The notes: a model not told the origin generated them from the letters alone. A stretch of DNA of 64,000 nt from Pseudomonadota bacterium (GCA_002718155.1 PBDS01000019.1:21227-85226); one strand, 5' to 3'. Counted from the stretch's first letter, positions 53,321 to 63,965 are shown. Numbers and translations: made by a program.

Positions 53321-54301
53321 TTACGCTGTCTGGCCGAAGTCGCTGGCCCACAGCTCCCGCAGGTGTTGTTGAGAGCGAGACCCCAGCCCTGGCATGTCCG
53401 GCACAGCGAGTGCCTCATCAAGATGTGCAAGCTCCGCGAGCCCGATCACTGCCGCGTTGACAGCCGGTTGATCAAGTACAAAGCGCAGCGCTTTCTGGGA
53501 GTCAGAGCCTGATACATCGGCAAGAGCGTTCATCACCGCCTCGGCACGCCGTCGCTCACTGTCATAGTCGGCATTGCTGGTCACCGGGATCTCCCGCCCA
53601 TGCTGCTCACCAGTGGCCAGAATACCCGCCGCATAGACCCGGATGCCCAGCACCCCGACATTCCGGGCCTGACAGCAGTGCAGCAGGCCCTGGTAGTTCT
53701 CACTGTACCAGGCGGCGGGCACATCGATCCCCGCGCTGGGATTGATCGCGTTGTAGTAGACCTGGGCCGTGTCCACCCGGCCGGTTTCAACCACAGCCAG
53801 GCACGCAGCGGGATCACCCAGCGCGGTGAATCCAGCATGGTCGATCACGCCGTCCGATTTCAGGGCATCGAATGCGTCGAGCACACCAGCGGGCCGAATC
53901 AGCTCATCGACGGGTAGCCGATTCTCGTCATCACCCAGCTTGTTGTGCAGCTGAAGCAAAGGTACCCGCGTCATCTGCAGCCGTGCCAGGCTGGCCGTCA
54001 GCGAATGTCTGATTTGATCGAGGTAGCTGCCGCCACTGCTGTCGACGGCAACTTTGGTCGAGACCTGGGGTCTTCTCGGTTCGGGAAGCTCCGAGAGCAG
54101 CCAGCCCACCACTTCTTCCGACTGGCCATTGCCGTACGATGCGGCGGTGTCGATCCAGTTGATCCCGCCGTCCAGCGCCCGTCGAATGGCCTCGCGACGG
54201 ACCTCGTCGCTGGCGTGCAACAGAATACCACCGACAAAACCGCCGCCGAAGACCAGCTCCGAGATCTGAAGCCCGGTTCTACCCAGTGTGTTTGTTTTCA
54301 A
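53321..54301 (-). CDS. Aldo/keto reductase
   Basis: Track ORF trimmed to TTG 54301, preceded by aggaggaaac. (M)KTNTLGRTGLQISELVFGGG...IDTAASYGNGQSEE is the typical AKR N-terminus. Confidence 0.85.
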   Translation of the reverse strand: MKTNTLGRTGLQISELVFGGGFVGGILLHASDEVRREAIRRALDGGINWIDTAASYGNGQSEEVVGWLLSELPEPRRPQVSTKVAVDSSGGSYLDQIRHSLTASLARLQMTRVPLLQLHNKLGDDENRLPVDELIRPAGVLDAFDALKSDGVIDHAGFTALGDPAACLAVVETGRVDTAQVYYNAINPSAGIDVPAAWYSENYQGLLHCCQARNVGVLGIRVYAAGILATGEQHGREIPVTSNADYDSERRRAEAVMNALADVSGSDSQKALRFVLDQPAVNAAVIGLAELAHLDEALAVPDMPGLGSRSQQHLRELWASDFGQTA

Positions 54302-54329
54302 GTTTCCTCCTGACCGCTCAACAGCGGGT

Positions 54330-55127
54330 TCAATCCGAATACGACAAGCCAATTTCTATCGCGCCATAGTCACCGAAATCGGCGGCCACCCGGTGCGCTC
54401 CACCCAGAGGCGCCGGGTCGCCACACACACCGGTGGTGACAAACTGGCCACGCTCGATGTTAAGACCCCGTCCCGACAGATGGTTGACCAGCCAGGTCAG
54501 GGCAAAGCGCGGGTCACCGAGTGCATCTGCACCAGACCCTTCAGTCACCTCTTGTCCATCCATGACCAGACGGGTCGGGCGACTCGACAGATCATCCGCC
54601 TGCCAGTTACCCGGGACGCGCGGCCCGAGCACGAACAGGTTGGCACAGGCATTGTCGGCAACCAGTTGCGTCACCCCGGCCTTGCTGAAGAATCGGTACC
54701 GTGAGTCCGGCAGTTCTATACCCAGTCTCAGATGGCCGACAGACGCCATGACCTCCTGCCAACTGTAAGGCGCCCGGCGCGGTTTGACCGGGGAGGCGAA
54801 CTCGAAGACAAACTCCGCCTCGGCGGCTTGCATCAGGTTGTCTTTCATCTGTGCCGTATCACCCGGGGCCAGGACCTGCGAGGTCAACAGCTGGCCGGAG
54901 ATCGGGTGATCGATGCCGATGTGCTCCTGCCCTGCACGACTGGTCGCGGCGATCTTTAACCCCAGGACCTGTTCTCCCGCCTGGCTGACCAGTGCCGATT
55001 GAATCTGATAGGCCTCCTCAAGATCCTTCGGTTGCAGGTGTGCCGGCAGTACATCGATGCGCGCGCGGCGAGCCGCGGCATCGCCGAGTATTCGTGCAGC
55101 GTCATTAAATTTTTCAGTCGTCATCAA
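54330..55127 (-). CDS. 2-keto-4-pentenoate-hydratase (MhpD)-like hydratase/decarboxylase family
   Basis: 265 aa. LEEAYQIQSALV...LGLKIAATS...AEAEFVF...ADNACA... is typical of the MhpD/HpcG-type family. Confidence 0.75.
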   Translation of the reverse strand: MMTTEKFNDAARILGDAAARRARIDVLPAHLQPKDLEEAYQIQSALVSQAGEQVLGLKIAATSRAGQEHIGIDHPISGQLLTSQVLAPGDTAQMKDNLMQAAEAEFVFEFASPVKPRRAPYSWQEVMASVGHLRLGIELPDSRYRFFSKAGVTQLVADNACANLFVLGPRVPGNWQADDLSSRPTRLVMDGQEVTEGSGADALGDPRFALTWLVNHLSGRGLNIERGQFVTTGVCGDPAPLGGAHRVAADFGDYGAIEIGLSYSD

Positions 55128-55285
55128 TCAGTTTACCCAAGGCCTCGAGCCTGGCAGGTTCCGCCATGACCGGTGATCTGAGAGCTGCCGGCGGGTTGAA
55201 CTATACTAGGCCAAGACTTGCCGGACATCTCACAGTCCGGTATTCGGCCAACGCTTACAAGTCTGATATTCAGCGGAGAACCCAC

Positions 55286-57064
55286 ATGACTGACAAGCCT
55301 GCACAACGACTTCGCAGCCGGGAATGGTTCGACATTCCAGGCGATCCGAGCGCCACAGCCACCCACATCGAGCGTTACACCAATTTCGGCATCTCGGCCG
55401 CCGAACTGCGCTCCGGCAATCCGATCATTGGCATAGCGCAGACCGGCAGCGACCTGGTGCCGTGCAACCGGATCCACGTCGATCTGGTCCAGCGGGTGCG
55501 CGAGGGTATTCGTGAGGCCGGCGGGATTGCCATCGAGTTCCCGGTCCACCCGGTGCAGGAGAGCGGTAAGCGGCCGACCGCAGCACTGGACCGCAACCTG
55601 CAATACCTCAGCCTGGTCGAAGTGCTGTTCGGTTACCCGCTGGACGGTGTCGTTCTGACTACCGGCTGCGACAAAACCACACCGGCCATGCTGATGGGTG
55701 CTGCCACCGTCGACATCCCGGCCATCGCGCTGTCTGGCGGCCCCATGCTCAACGGCTACTGGCGGGGGAAACTTGCCGGGTCCGGCACCATTTTGTGGGA
55801 AGCACGCAAACTGCTGGCTGAAGGCGAGATCGACGACGAGGAATTCGTCCAGCTGGTCGCCGATGCCACGCCATCGCCCGGACACTGCAACACCATGGGC
55901 ACAGCCACCACCATGAACTCGATCGCCGAGGCACTCGGTATGTCGCTGCCCGGCTGCACCGCGATCCCGGCACCGCACAAAGAACGGGCTGGGATGGCCT
56001 ACCTCACCGGCCGGCGAATCGTCGCGATGGTCGAAGAAGATCTGACGCCTTCACAGATCCTGACCCGCGAGGCTTTTGAAAACGCGATCGTGGTCAATTC
56101 AGCGATCGGTGGATCGACCAATGCACCCATTCATCTGAACGCCATTGCCCGCCACGCTAACGTGCCACTGGACATCGGCGACTGGCAAAGTGTCGGCCTC
56201 GCCATCCCTCTGCTGGTCAACCTGCAGCCCGCAGGTGAGCACCTGGGCGAGGCGTACCACCAGGCCGGTGGAGTGCCTGCTGTGATGAACGAACTGCTGC
56301 ACGCCGGAAAACTGCACGGCGACGCCCTGACTGTGGCCGGCACCACAGTCGAAGAGAACTGCCGCAACACACCATCACGTGATCCCGATGTCATCCGTCC
56401 TTACGCAGACCCCATGATGAAAGACGCAGGATTTGTCGTGCTCAGTGGAAACGTCTGTGAAGCAGCGATCATGAAGACCTCTGTGATCAACGATGAGTTC
56501 CGCTCACGATATCTTTCTGAACCGGGCCAGGAGAACGTGTTTGAGGTCCGCGCAATCGTATTTGATGGCCCCGAGGACTACCACGCGCGGATCAATGACC
56601 CGGAACTGAACGTCGACGCGCACTGCATCCTGGTGGTCCGGGGCTGTGGCCCGGTCGGTTATCCCGGCTCAGCGGAAGTGGTCAACATGCAGCCGCCAGA
56701 CGCGCTGATCCGCCAGGGAATCCGCGAACTGCCCACGCTGGGCGACGGCCGCCAGAGCGGCACATCGGGCAGCCCCTCGATCCTCAATGCCTCCCCGGAA
56801 TCGGCTGTCGGCGGAGGCCTGGCGCTGCTTACCACGGGCGACCTGCTGCGCATCGATCTGAACCAGGGGACGCTGGATGTGTGTATTTCAGACCAGGAAC
56901 TGGCGGAACGTCAGGCGACACTTGAGAATCAGGTGCCAGAGCATCAGACGCCCTGGCAGGAGATCTACCGGGACACCGTGGGCCAGCTGGCAACGGGCGG
57001 TATCATCGAACTCGCCACCAAGTACCAGCGCATCCGTCACGTGATACCGCGCCACTCCCACTGA
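55286..57064 (+). CDS. IlvD/Edd-family sugar-acid dehydratase (arabonate/xylonate-dehydratase-like)
   Basis: Track ORF trimmed to ATG 55286, preceded by ggagaa. Cluster-Cys contexts are LTTGCDKTTPAMLMG and PSPGHCNTMGTA; 592 aa. Confidence 0.9.
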   Translation: MTDKPAQRLRSREWFDIPGDPSATATHIERYTNFGISAAELRSGNPIIGIAQTGSDLVPCNRIHVDLVQRVREGIREAGGIAIEFPVHPVQESGKRPTAALDRNLQYLSLVEVLFGYPLDGVVLTTGCDKTTPAMLMGAATVDIPAIALSGGPMLNGYWRGKLAGSGTILWEARKLLAEGEIDDEEFVQLVADATPSPGHCNTMGTATTMNSIAEALGMSLPGCTAIPAPHKERAGMAYLTGRRIVAMVEEDLTPSQILTREAFENAIVVNSAIGGSTNAPIHLNAIARHANVPLDIGDWQSVGLAIPLLVNLQPAGEHLGEAYHQAGGVPAVMNELLHAGKLHGDALTVAGTTVEENCRNTPSRDPDVIRPYADPMMKDAGFVVLSGNVCEAAIMKTSVINDEFRSRYLSEPGQENVFEVRAIVFDGPEDYHARINDPELNVDAHCILVVRGCGPVGYPGSAEVVNMQPPDALIRQGIRELPTLGDGRQSGTSGSPSILNASPESAVGGGLALLTTGDLLRIDLNQGTLDVCISDQELAERQATLENQVPEHQTPWQEIYRDTVGQLATGGIIELATKYQRIRHVIPRHSH

Positions 57065-57084
57065 CCAACAGTTATCCAGGAGAA

Positions 57085-58056
57085 CTATGGCGCGACTTCG
57101 TCGCGCGGCCTGCCCGTCGCGAGGAACGCCTCGATGTTGTCGATCACCCGCATTCCCATCTCGTCCCGGGTCTCAACAGTGGCGGTCCCCACGTGAGGTG
57201 ACAGCAGCACATTGTCCAGCGCCAGCAGGCCTTGCGAGACGAGCGGCTCGTTCTGAAAGACATCGAGGCCGGCCCCGGCGATCACACCACCTTTCAGAGC
57301 CTCTATCAGTGCCGTTTCGTCAACCACGCCGCCCCGGGCCGTGTTGATGAGCACCGCGCCCGGTTGCATCAGCGACAGCGCCCGGGCATCGATCATGTTG
57401 CGCGTCTCGCCGGTCAACGGGCAGTGCAGGGAAACGATGTCCGATCTTGCGAGCAGTTCATCGAGGTTCTCACAGTAAACGGCAGCAAGATCAGATTCCA
57501 GCTGCGGCCTGCGAGTGCGGCCATGGTAGAGCAGCGGCATTCGGAATGCTTGTGCGCGCCTCGCCACAGCGGCGCCGATACCGCCCAGCCCGACGATCCC
57601 GAGCGTCTTGCCCCAGACCCGGGCACCGCCATTGGGATCGTCTATACCGATCCCGGCCCAGCCCTGCTCACGGATCAATCGATCGCCGTGGACCAGCCGG
57701 CGATTCAGCCCCAGCATCAAGGCGAGCGTCAGGTCCGCCGTCTCTTCGGTCACCACGTCCGGGGTGTTGCTGACCGGGATGTTGCGGGCCTTAGCAGCGG
57801 CGACATCGATGTGCTCAGTTCCGGCACTCACACAAGCGATCAGCCTGATACTGTCAGGCAGTCTCGAGATAAAAGCGCTGTCCAGCCGGTCAGCACCCCA
57901 CGGACAGAGCACCGTCGCACCACGGCAGCGGGCCAGGATCTCTTCTGGATCCAGCAGGGTGTCGTCAGGGTTGAGACGCGCGTCGAAACGCTCGGCGAGC
58001 AGATCCTGCGCCCGCCTCGTCCACCTGCGGGTCACCACAACGACAGGCTTTGGCAT
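57085..58056 (-). CDS. D-2-hydroxyacid dehydrogenase (glyoxylate/hydroxypyruvate-reductase-like)
   Basis: GIVGLGGIGAAVARR, NTARGGVVDE, and LSPHVGTAT. Confidence 0.9.
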   Translation of the reverse strand: MPKPVVVVTRRWTRRAQDLLAERFDARLNPDDTLLDPEEILARCRGATVLCPWGADRLDSAFISRLPDSIRLIACVSAGTEHIDVAAAKARNIPVSNTPDVVTEETADLTLALMLGLNRRLVHGDRLIREQGWAGIGIDDPNGGARVWGKTLGIVGLGGIGAAVARRAQAFRMPLLYHGRTRRPQLESDLAAVYCENLDELLARSDIVSLHCPLTGETRNMIDARALSLMQPGAVLINTARGGVVDETALIEALKGGVIAGAGLDVFQNEPLVSQGLLALDNVLLSPHVGTATVETRDEMGMRVIDNIEAFLATGRPRDEVAP

Positions 58057-58330
58057 TTCGATTCTCCAGACGTTCGCAAAACAGGACGGCAGTTGACAGG
58101 TCTTGTACTGAGTCCACCTTGCCGGTCATAGGCCCGCAAGGTTCCTGAGCCCATTCCAGTGCTACACTGAACCCGTGTTCGGCCCGCACTCTAACGAATC
58201 CATCAAGCATGTCGCAAACCAGCCAGCGGGCCAGCCCGCTTGTAGTCAGGAATCCACACAATCGTTTCCGATCACCACCCCTACAACATTGGCCACCACC
58301 CGGAATCAAAGGGCGAGGACTGAATAAACC

Positions 58331-59089
58331 ATGAATACCCGAATCAAGACCGCCATCATCACCGGTGCAGGATCGGGTGTCGGTCGTGCCGCCGCCCTCG
58401 CCCTGCACAGTGAAGGCTATTCGGTCACCCTGGCTGGACGCCGACTGGATGCCCTCGAAGAGACTGCGGCCCTCGCCTCCTCTTCCGGGGAACGGACCCT
58501 GGTGGTGCCCACCGACATCACTGATGCCGCTTCGGTCAGCGACCTGTTCAGCCGGACGGTCAGCGCCTTCGGTCGGGTCGATGTTCTATTCAACAACGCT
58601 GGAATTGGTGCGCGCGCGGTACCCATGGAAGAACTGGACATCGAGGAATGGCGTGCAGTGGTCGACGTCAACTTGACTGGGACCTTTTTGTGCACCCAGG
58701 AAGCCTTCCGCATTATGAAATCCCAACAGCCAAAAGGCGGGCGAATCATCAACAACGGCTCGATTTCCGCGCACACGCCACGCCCCAATTCGGCACCCTA
58801 CACAGCCACCAAACACGCCATTTCAGGACTGACACGCTCCACATCGCTCGACGGGCGGGCCCACGACATCGCCTGCGGGCAGATCGACATCGGCAATGCG
58901 CTGACCGATATGACCGCTAGGATGGCCGGTGGCGTAGCACAAGCCAACGGCAGTATCGCCGTGGAACCGACCATGGACGTCAATGACATTGGCCGGGCGA
59001 TCATCTACATGGCAGGACTGCCGCTTGGTGCGAACGTCCTCTTCATGACCGTCATGGCCAGTCACATGCCGTTTGTAGGACGGGGTTGA
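58331..59089 (+). CDS. Short-chain dehydrogenase/reductase (SDR)
   Basis: [15 protein letters not shown], and the catalytic motif YTATKHAI. Confidence 0.9.
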   Translation: MNTRIKTAIITGAGSGVGRAAALALHSEGYSVTLAGRRLDALEETAALASSSGERTLVVPTDITDAASVSDLFSRTVSAFGRVDVLFNNAGIGARAVPMEELDIEEWRAVVDVNLTGTFLCTQEAFRIMKSQQPKGGRIINNGSISAHTPRPNSAPYTATKHAISGLTRSTSLDGRAHDIACGQIDIGNALTDMTARMAGGVAQANGSIAVEPTMDVNDIGRAIIYMAGLPLGANVLFMTVMASHMPFVGRG

Positions 59090-59171
59090 GCCGCTCGTAT
59101 CCAGCGCCAAAGATCCTCTCGTGAGATCTCCAGTCGAAACGATCACAGCACCCTTAACGCCAACACCACCT

Positions 59172-60005
59172 TCAGGTCCCGACCGTGAGCGGGTCGACCA
59201 GCCTTCTCAGCGCCGCAATAATGCTGAGCACCACAATCCTGCCGGTTCGTGGATTTTCCTCGGTGGGAATATTCTCGATTTTGATTTCGAACCGGGCACT
59301 ATCCGCTTCCACAACGATGCTGTGGGTGTTACGGCTGACCCCGGGGTCCGCCCACACCTCAAGGCGGGTGCGGTCCGGCCCGATCCCGGCAAGCCCCAGC
59401 GCTGCCGCCACGTTCACATTAGCCGGAAACGCAGCCACACCTTCACGGGCCGACCCTTCGAACACTTTTAACGGCCGATCGACAGCCCCAAGGTCTATAG
59501 CGTTTCGTTCAATGTGCGGCGCACCGGCAAGACCGGCCGGCGGTTTGCGGGTCACGATCAGGACCTGCTGGATGTCTCCCTGCGCAGCCGCGCGTACCGC
59601 GTCCAGTCCCAGTACAGCACCGCTGGCCACATTGATACGAGCCCCGCTCCTGGCGGCCAGATCAACCAGGTGCCAGTTGGCCAGGAGGCCGCCGACACTG
59701 ACCGGGATCAGAACCTTCCCCAACCGGATTGCAGGTTCAGCCACCTGTTCGAAGACCTCAGCCGGTGCGCATTCCACCACCACATCGCAGACCTCTGCCA
59801 GATCCGACAAGCCCAACACGGGCACCGCCCGCTGCAACACCGCCAGACGTGTTCTTGCCTTGTCCCGGTCACGCGCCGACACTGCGGCAAGTTCCAGGCC
59901 GTCCAGCCCCGCATCCAGTCGCTGGGCAAGTTCCATGCCGATCGCACCCAGACCGCCAATCGCGACCCGCAACGGTGCCCGCCGCGCTGTGGACAGAACC
60001 GACAT
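59172..60005 (-). CDS. L-aspartate dehydrogenase-like (NadX family)
   Basis: Trimmed to ATG 60005 (MSVLSTARRAPLRVAIGGLGAIGMEL). VVECAPAEV..., AFPANVNVAAAL and SRNTHSIVVEADSARFEIKIENIP follow the Asp-DH pattern. Confidence 0.8.
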   Translation of the reverse strand: MSVLSTARRAPLRVAIGGLGAIGMELAQRLDAGLDGLELAAVSARDRDKARTRLAVLQRAVPVLGLSDLAEVCDVVVECAPAEVFEQVAEPAIRLGKVLIPVSVGGLLANWHLVDLAARSGARINVASGAVLGLDAVRAAAQGDIQQVLIVTRKPPAGLAGAPHIERNAIDLGAVDRPLKVFEGSAREGVAAFPANVNVAAALGLAGIGPDRTRLEVWADPGVSRNTHSIVVEADSARFEIKIENIPTEENPRTGRIVVLSIIAALRRLVDPLTVGT

Positions 60006-60209
60006 TCTTTGTATGAATTCCCTGTACCGACGATGGACAATATCTATCGATTGACCCGCTGACTGCACCTGGCCATCAGCCGGTCACCATCGATTGTTGT
60101 CCGGTCCGTGTCTCGATGCAAGACGCCTTCGATGCCGCAGCATGGGCCAGCGACTCGACCGGGCCCTGATCAACGGTGTTTTCGATTCCGGCAGGGGTTA
60201 TGAACAACG

Positions 60210-61406
60210 TTATTCCTGATCTGACAGCTGATCGACGATATGCCGTGCAATCGGGAAACACGAAGTGGCGGCCGGTGACGGGGCGTTACAGACCACCAGA
60301 CAGTGGCCTGTTCTGTGAAACAGGAAGTCGTCTACAAGCCTTCCCTCGCCGCTGACCGCCTGGGCCCGGATCCCCGGCGGGTACGCCTGCAGATCGGCAA
60401 CAGTTAGTCCAGGGCTGTATTTCTGAACCTCCTTGAGATAACCCTGCTTGAACAAGCCGTTCTTTAACTCATGCACAGCGGTGCCGAAGTGCGTCCACAG
60501 CAGTCTGCGGAAGCCTGGAAAGGTCAACATTTCAAGGCTGTCACCCAGGGAGAAGGCGAACCGGCTGTAGCCTTCGCGGGAGAAATTGACCACTGCGTTT
60601 GGCCCTACAGTGACTGAACCATCGATCATCCGGGTCAGATGAACTCCCAGAAACGGCAGCGCCGGGTCTGGTATCGGGTAGATCAGGTGACGGATGATCC
60701 GGTTGTGGCGCGCTGCCAGTCGGTAGTAGTCACCGCGAAAGGGCACGATCTGGAATTCCGGCTGACCACCCAACATTCGAACCAGGCGGTCGGCCATCAC
60801 CCCGCCACAGGCGATCAGCTTGCCGGCCGAGATTGAGGCACCGCTGCACTTGACCGCCACACCGCTATCGTCCTCGCCAAGCCCGGTGACCTGGCTGTTG
60901 TAGTTAATCACGCCGCCGTCAGCCTCGATCAGCTCGGCCAGCCGCTGACAGATGGCCGTGTAACTGACGATCCCTGTTGATGGCACACGGATCGCGCCCA
61001 CGCCTGTGATATTCGGTTCCGCTTCGGCGAGCTGGGCTTTGTCCAGTATCTCGATGGTCAGACCGTTCTGTCGCGAACGCTCGATGAGGGCCTGCATGCG
61101 TTCCAGTTCCACGGCATTGGTGGCAACCAGCAGCTTGCCGCACTCATCAAACGCGATGTCGTGTTCCCGGCAGAACGCCTTGATGGCTCTGTTCCCCTCG
61201 AAACAGAACTGCGCCTTGAGGCTGCCCGGCGTGTAATACACACCGGCATGGATCACGCCACTGTTGTGGCCGGTCTGGTGAAAGGCGGGCCGGTTCTCTT
61301 TTTCCAGGACCCGGACGCGACTGCCGGGATGCCGATACTGCAGTTCTCGGGCGGTACTTAAGCCGAGGATTCCTGCGCCGACAACGAGAAAATCACAGTC
61401 TGTCAT
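60210..61406 (-). CDS. lhgO: L-2-hydroxyglutarate oxidase/dehydrogenase (FAD)
   Basis: DFLVVGAGILGLSTA...HQTGHNSGVIHAGVYYTPGSLKAQFC...PFLGVHLTRMIDGSVTVGPNAV...CNAPSPAATS is nearly collinear with E. coli LhgO (YgaF), as recalled from memory. Confidence 0.9.
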   Translation of the reverse strand: MTDCDFLVVGAGILGLSTARELQYRHPGSRVRVLEKENRPAFHQTGHNSGVIHAGVYYTPGSLKAQFCFEGNRAIKAFCREHDIAFDECGKLLVATNAVELERMQALIERSRQNGLTIEILDKAQLAEAEPNITGVGAIRVPSTGIVSYTAICQRLAELIEADGGVINYNSQVTGLGEDDSGVAVKCSGASISAGKLIACGGVMADRLVRMLGGQPEFQIVPFRGDYYRLAARHNRIIRHLIYPIPDPALPFLGVHLTRMIDGSVTVGPNAVVNFSREGYSRFAFSLGDSLEMLTFPGFRRLLWTHFGTAVHELKNGLFKQGYLKEVQKYSPGLTVADLQAYPPGIRAQAVSGEGRLVDDFLFHRTGHCLVVCNAPSPAATSCFPIARHIVDQLSDQE

Positions 61407-61626
61407 CTGGATCTATATGCTTTAGCAATGGAACAGCGGATTCCCCCGATGGAAGAGAAGAACGCACACCCGACCAGCGGCCACAGACTTATCCGACTCG
61501 AGTTCAATCGAAGGCCGGACGCTACTGTACCATTGGCAATCCCTGCAAGGGGCGCTGCGGTTAGAATCACACACCGCCGCGCAGCCGAACAAAGCGCGGC
61601 CAAACATTTCAAGGCTGAACTCGAAC

Positions 61627-62796
61627 ATGGCTGATCCAGCAAGCGGTGAACTAAGGCCCGCGATCGAACGCATGCCCGTCTCGCGAATCCGGGATGTGGC
61701 GAATGAGGCCATGGGCATGGAGGGACTGATTCCGCTCTGGTTCGGCGAACCGGACGTCGCCACACCGGATTTCATCTGCCAGGCGGCAGCCGACGCCCTG
61801 TCTCAGGGTGAGACCTTCTACTCACCCAACCGGGGCGTGCCGGACCTGCGCCATGCGCTTGCCCGCTACACAAGTGAGCTTTACCAGGTGCCGGTCGCTG
61901 ACGACCGGATCACCATCACGGCCTCCGGCATGAGCGGCATCATGCTCAGCCACCAGCTGCTGATCGAGCCTGGCACCAATGTGATCTGCGCGACCCCGGC
62001 CTGGCCCAACGTGCAGGGTACAGTGGACGTGCTGGGCGGAGAGTTCCGGCCTGCACCTTTGAAATTCACTGGTTCTGGATGGCAGCTCGAGCTCGAAACG
62101 GTGTTCGACGCGGTCGATGACAACACCCGCGCTGTGTTCATCAACTCACCAGGCAACCCGACCGGCTGGGTCATGCCGGGCGACGATCAGAAAGCACTGC
62201 TGGCGTTCTGCCGTGAGCGCGGCCTGTGGCTGCTCGCCGATGAAGTCTACGCCCGGCTGGTCTACGACCGCAGCCATGCCCCCTCGTTCCTGGAACATGC
62301 CGGACCCGAGGACCGTGTTATCGTGATCAACAGTTTCTCCAAACCCTGGGCCATGACCGGCTGGCGCCTCGGCTGGCTGGTGACACCGGCACGCCTTGGA
62401 CAGCGACTGGAAATGGTCAATGAGTTCAACCTGGCTGGTGCTGCCACTTTTACCCAGATCGCGGGGATCACCGCTTTACGTGATGGTGAAGACTTCATTG
62501 CCCGCCAGCTCGAGCGCTACCGCAGTGCGCGGAGCGCGGTCTACGAGCGCCTGTCTGCGAACCCCCGCATTCGAATCGGCTGGCCGGAAGGCGCCTTCTA
62601 TGCCTACTTCGCGGTTGACGGAATCGACGACGGTCTCGCTTTCTGCAAACGACTGGTACGCGAACACCGGGTCGGCCTGGTACCAGGGTCCGCCTTCAAC
62701 GCAGCCGAAGAAGGCTGGCTGAGACTCTGCTTCGCGAGTCAGCTCGACACGTTGAATACTGCGCTCGACCGACTCGAAGATGCCATCGCCTCCTGA
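61627..62796 (+). CDS. Class I PLP-dependent aminotransferase
   Basis: NSPGNPTGW and the PLP-Lys context NSFSKPWAMTGWRLGW; 389 aa. Confidence 0.9.
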   Translation: MADPASGELRPAIERMPVSRIRDVANEAMGMEGLIPLWFGEPDVATPDFICQAAADALSQGETFYSPNRGVPDLRHALARYTSELYQVPVADDRITITASGMSGIMLSHQLLIEPGTNVICATPAWPNVQGTVDVLGGEFRPAPLKFTGSGWQLELETVFDAVDDNTRAVFINSPGNPTGWVMPGDDQKALLAFCRERGLWLLADEVYARLVYDRSHAPSFLEHAGPEDRVIVINSFSKPWAMTGWRLGWLVTPARLGQRLEMVNEFNLAGAATFTQIAGITALRDGEDFIARQLERYRSARSAVYERLSANPRIRIGWPEGAFYAYFAVDGIDDGLAFCKRLVREHRVGLVPGSAFNAAEEGWLRLCFASQLDTLNTALDRLEDAIAS

Positions 62797-62828
62797 TCCG
62801 GTATCCCGAGGACACCCCGCACGGCGCC

Positions 62829-63965
62829 TCAGGGATCGTGCCAGCGGCCTGCGATGACCATCCCCTCGGCGACCAACTGGCTATCGCCCTGCCGGCTCTG
62901 CCCTTCCGCATCAATGAATTGAAACTCTCCAGGCTCCATCCGCAACACTGTGGCGTCGCCGGTCGTGCCGGCTCCTAAAGTTCCAAGATCAGGACGCCGA
63001 ATCGCGTCAGCCGGACCGACTGTACTGGCCGCAATCACATCGGCGAGCGACATTCCCATCGCCAGAAACTTCGAAAGCGTCACCAGCTGGTTGTGGGCAG
63101 GTCCGTCGACACTGAGTACATGTACATCGCTCGAGATACATTCAGGCTGGAAACCGGACTCGAGCATCACCTCGGCGGTCGCGAACCCGAACGAGCCCAT
63201 GCCATGCCCAATGTCAAAGATCACGCCGCGCTCGCGGGCTGCCAGGATCTCTTCATGCACGGTGCGATCGCGCAATCTGGCCGGAGCGTTCGGAAACGGC
63301 CGGAAGCAGTGGGTCAGTATGTCGCCTTTGCGCAGTCTGGAAACGACCTCCATGCGGCTGGGCGGGGGATAATCCAGATGGCACATGACCGGAAGCCCCA
63401 GTTCGTCTGCGACTTCCAGGGCCAGATCCAGCGGTGCGACGCCCCGGCCGTCGCTGGCATTCATCCCGACCCGTACCTTGATTCCAACGATGGAGTCCGG
63501 ATAAGCACGAGCGACCCGCAGGCAGGGCGCTGGGCTGAGCAGACGGAAGTCCCCGCACTCACCCACCATCACTTCTTCGCTGAAAGCAAAGATACCGGGA
63601 AAAGCGATGTTCAAAAAGGCCAGAATCCGCGGCACGGCTGGTTCGATGACGTGCTCGAGAAATCCCCGGTAATTGGCCGGACCGGCTGTGCCGGCGTCGA
63701 CCAGGGTAGTGGTTCCTGATTTGAGTGCATAGTCATCAGGTTCGATACCGATCGACGTACCGCCCCAGTACACATGCGTGTGCAGGTCGATGAGACCCGG
63801 CGTGACGATCAGCCCGGCCACGTCCCGAATCTCGGCTGCTTCGGATTCGGCAATGCTCTGTGCCAGTGCCGCGACCCGACCTTCGGCAAACGCGATGTCG
63901 CCCGTAGCGTCGTGACCGCTGCCGGGATCCAGCAGACGGGCATTCTTGAGCAGCAGATCGTACAT
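62829..63965 (-). CDS. Amidohydrolase-superfamily metallohydrolase (deacetylase/dihydroorotase-like)
   Basis: MYDLLLKNARLLDP..., HxH as IDLHTHVYWGG, then later His/Asp ligand contexts (MCHLD, FDIGHG, ISSDVH). Confidence 0.85.
   Translation of the reverse strand: MYDLLLKNARLLDPGSGHDATGDIAFAEGRVAALAQSIAESEAAEIRDVAGLIVTPGLIDLHTHVYWGGTSIGIEPDDYALKSGTTTLVDAGTAGPANYRGFLEHVIEPAVPRILAFLNIAFPGIFAFSEEVMVGECGDFRLLSPAPCLRVARAYPDSIVGIKVRVGMNASDGRGVAPLDLALEVADELGLPVMCHLDYPPPSRMEVVSRLRKGDILTHCFRPFPNAPARLRDRTVHEEILAARERGVIFDIGHGMGSFGFATAEVMLESGFQPECISSDVHVLSVDGPAHNQLVTLSKFLAMGMSLADVIAASTVGPADAIRRPDLGTLGAGTTGDATVLRMEPGEFQFIDAEGQSRQGDSQLVAEGMVIAGRWHDP

Noticed and set aside
60076-60261. 61-aa ORF in the 204-nt spacer between lhgO and the aspartate-dehydrogenase-like gene.
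   Set aside because: It overlaps the 3' end of lhgO, has no SD, and its composition is unremarkable. There is no support beyond being open.
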